64,000 nucleotides of DNA from Azolla caroliniana (lineage: Eukaryota; Plantae; Polypodiophyta). Made by a program: the position numbers and the translations under genes. The DNA lies in the NCBI GenBank assembly GCA_043228905.1, contig JBHGNT010000020.1, forward strand, positions 6,820,001-6,884,000. Direction: 5' to 3'. The notes beneath the pieces are model-generated. The model was not told where the DNA came from, ran no database searches, and was given only the letters and a program-made list of their open reading frames with translations. Shown here piece after piece: positions 61,101 through 64,000 of this stretch; position 1 is the first letter of the stretch, and every line of letters starts with the position of its first letter.

Positions 61101-63484
61101 CTCTTTGAAGACAGATAACACTTGATCCTTTGTCTTCAACACGGAAGCCCATAGCTTCCGGCTACAATCATCAATGAAGGTCACGAAATACTGTGAGCTG
61201 CGATGCAACTTCGTGTCCACATAGCATACATCTGTATGCACGAGTTCTAGGGGCATTTTCTTCCTCATTGGGGGCCTTGCTCGGAAGGATGATCCTTTGT
61301 CTTCAACACGGAAGCCCATAGCTTCCGGCTACAATCATCAATGAAGGTCACAAAATACTGGGAGTTGCGATGCAACTTCGTGTCCACATAGCATACATCT
61401 GTATGCACGAGTTCTAGGGGCATTTTCTTCCTCATCGGGGGCCTTGCTCGGAAGGATGTTCGATTCTGCTTGCCGGCCAAGCAATCAGTGCACTTCTCAA
61501 GTTGCACGTTCTTCACCTCCGGAATGAGGTTGCCCTCGACAAGCTTTCGCATCCCCTTCTGGCTCATGTGGCACAACCTCATGTGCCATAGTTCACAGAC
61601 CGTGTCGGCTACCACATTTGCTTCCCCTCGGCATATTCGAGCATTCATTATGTACAGTGTGTTGGTCTTCCGAGATCGAGCCACGATCAGGCTTCCTTGG
61701 CAGAACTTCATGGCACCGTTCCGAATGCTACCCATGTAGCCTTCATCATCTAGACGACTGGCTAATATTAGGTTCAATTGAACCTCCAGAATGTGTCGTA
61801 CATCTCTCAACACGAGTCTGCACCCAGTTGAGGTTTCCAAACACACATCTCCAATGATGACGATTCGGCATCCTCCTTCATTTCCCATCTTTACAAATCC
61901 AAGATCTCCGACTCTGTAGGATGCGAAGCACTTTCAGTCAAGGGTTAGGTGAAATGACGCACCCGAATCGACCACCCATGTCAATTCTTCACCTACGAGA
62001 CTCACTTTGTTTTGCTCACTAATGAGCAACAACTCCTCCTCACTCGTGGCGATTGCTGAGGTGTTCTTCCTATCCGGAATTTTCTTCAACTCTACACCAT
62101 CAGCTCCCCCTTTGTCCTTTCGAAAGTGTCAGCAGTTTTTCTTAAAGTGCCCCAGCTTCCCACAATAGAAGCACGTGGGTCTCCCCCTCGACTTCAACCT
62201 AGTCCCCAACTTATCTCGGTTCTGGGAACTTGGATTTCGGCTTCTTCCCCAAATCGTGTCACCTTCCATGACTAAGGCCTTCTAGTCAATATTGGACTCT
62301 CGGTCCTTCCTGCAAGCTTCTTTGTTTAGCAAGCTCAACTTCACCTACTCTAGGGATAGGTGTTTCCCTTCCGGTCCCGCGTTCCCCAACGTGACAACCA
62401 GCGTTTCCCAACTATCTAGAAGGAATCCCAACAACAATAGTGCTAATACCTCATCGGCTAGAGGTACTTCTAGAGAGGTGGTTTGGTTCATCAATCCTTG
62501 GAAGGCATTGATGTGCTCCGCCATACTGAAGCCATCCTAATAACGAAGCCTCACGATTTTTCAAAATACTGAGACTCGGTTCACGACATTCTTGTTTTCG
62601 AACATGACGTCGATCTTCTTCCATAGGACGTCTGCTTCTGTTTCTTCGCCTAAGTTGTTGTATAGACTCATGTCTATAAAACACCTTATATATGTGGTTG
62701 CCTTCAGACGCAACACTTCCCAAGTCGTTGCATCAATCTTGTCTAGTTTTTTATCTCCGAACTGCACCGGCAGCCATAGGTCTTTGCACACAAGCATGTC
62801 TCTCATCTTCGACTTCCACACTCAGTAGTTGGGGTTGGTTAGCTTAAACATGTCGCCGAACGAGTCTTCCATAGCTTTGATACCACATGTTAGGAAACAA
62901 TCGGCCGCAACCCGTTACACGTTCATATTCGTGTACAAAAACCAAGAATTACCAGGCAAACAGAGAAAAACGTGAAGACACAGAGACACCGATATTTTAC
63001 GTGGAAAACCTGAAATGGGAAAAACCACGGGGGTCCACAAACCCTGAGAAAACAGATCACTATGGTAGAGAGGAAGTACAAAAATACGGAACTCGGAGGC
63101 AAAGATCTCGAGTTCTGCTTCATCTAACATACGGCTACAGAGTTACACTCTCACTCTCTCACTCACGGTTACAGAGGCAACTATCTCGTTCTTACTTTTT
63201 CAATAATGATCAACTACACTTACTAAAGTTTACCCTAGTTGCTTATAAACAAAAGCAACTTTCTAGCTATTTACAAGTATAGCCCACAAGGGGCATTTTA
63301 GACTATTTACAATTATAGTCTTCCGAAACGATTTCGATTTTCGATTTCGGTTTTGGTTTTGGTTTTGGTTTTGGTTTTGGTTTTGATTTTGATTTGATTT
63401 TGATTTCGGTTTCGGTTTTGGCCTCAGCCGATGCTCACCAACACGATACTTCTCTTCCCATCCGGAGGGACATGTTTCCCAACA
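58184..63484 (-). mobile_element. Full-length but degenerate Ty1/copia element
   Basis: 5-bp TSD AACAT (58179-58183, 63485-63489); LTRs 58184-58757 and 62888-63484; PBS TGGTATCAAAGC; PPT AAGGGGGAG. Confidence 0.93.
58770..62872 (-). pseudogene. pol: Copia gag-pol pseudogene
   Basis: MEDSFGDMFKL, WHMRLCH..CTDC, VHTDVC, YKARIVVKGF, LLYVDDM, GYTDSD; 167-bp tandem duplication 61124-61457; many frameshifts. Confidence 0.9.
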
Positions 63485-64000
63485 AACATTAATGGCATGA
63501 CTTAGTAGGATCTGTGTTACATTTGCGTGGATATTCCGCATATTATGCAAGACAATTATCACATCATTACTCAGGGGTTGTCATGATTATTCGTGATTTG
63601 TTTTGTCCACATATAGTCTATAATGATCCATATGGACGTTTTTTGGTGATGGAAGTCAAGTATTTTGAGGATTTGATATGGTTGGTAGGATCTTTCACCC
63701 AATAATGCTAATCAATGCATTGAGTTATGGTCTTCAATGTATCCACGGTTATTAGTGGGCCGTGTTGGTTTGTTAATGGGTGATTTTAATATGTGTGTTG
63801 ATGCTTCACAATCTACTTCACGATTCTCATTGATGGATTCTCCTGAACAAGCAGTCTAGGATAAATTGGCATAAGAGGTTTTGAAGTTGGATGTATGGAA
63901 ATGGTTGCATCAAGATGAGGTTGGGTTTACATTTCAGTCTATGCAATATAAGGAAACATGGAGTAGGTTAGATAGAATGTATGTTATGCATGATGAGTCC

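Larger units (their letters stand above)
56700..64000 (+). mobile_element. Degenerate L1-type LINE (ORF1 plus ORF2 endonuclease), split by a copia and running off the window
   Basis: ORF1-like 56828-57788 with PIWV and FKCGKLGHFIVEC; ORF2 from 58073 MKLVSWNVRG..DVLCVVEH, resuming after 63489 with GRFL, GDFN and SRLDRMY. Confidence 0.85.

Noticed and set aside
63345-63420. Telomere-like (TTTTGG)n tract
   Set aside because: It is not the TTTAGGG plant motif and is a hexamer expansion inside a copia LTR whose partner has a degenerate version.

Overview
Eukaryotic, almost entirely transposon-derived window, most likely from a non-seed land plant (inferred from the LTR lineages, tRNA-Trp primer sites and a plant PB1 fragment). 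No intact host gene is evident. It holds deeply nested Ty1/copia and Ty3/gypsy elements, solo LTRs, an L1 LINE, a hAT-type non-autonomous element and a Pack-MULE carrying a PB1-domain fragment. The standout is a DNA transposon family present twice (14620-23392 and 33114-41244). Each copy has ~36-bp TIRs (AACAC...GTGTT), a 4-bp TSD and a Sola-like DDD transposase. Divergent from the transposase is a spliced gene encoding a ParB/Srx-like domain fused to a beta-class N6A/N4C DNA methyltransferase of prokaryotic type. Between the two genes lies a 51-bp-period array of a 25-bp CpG-rich palindrome, a parS-like candidate binding or methylation target. All family assignments come from motif recognition by eye; no searches were run.
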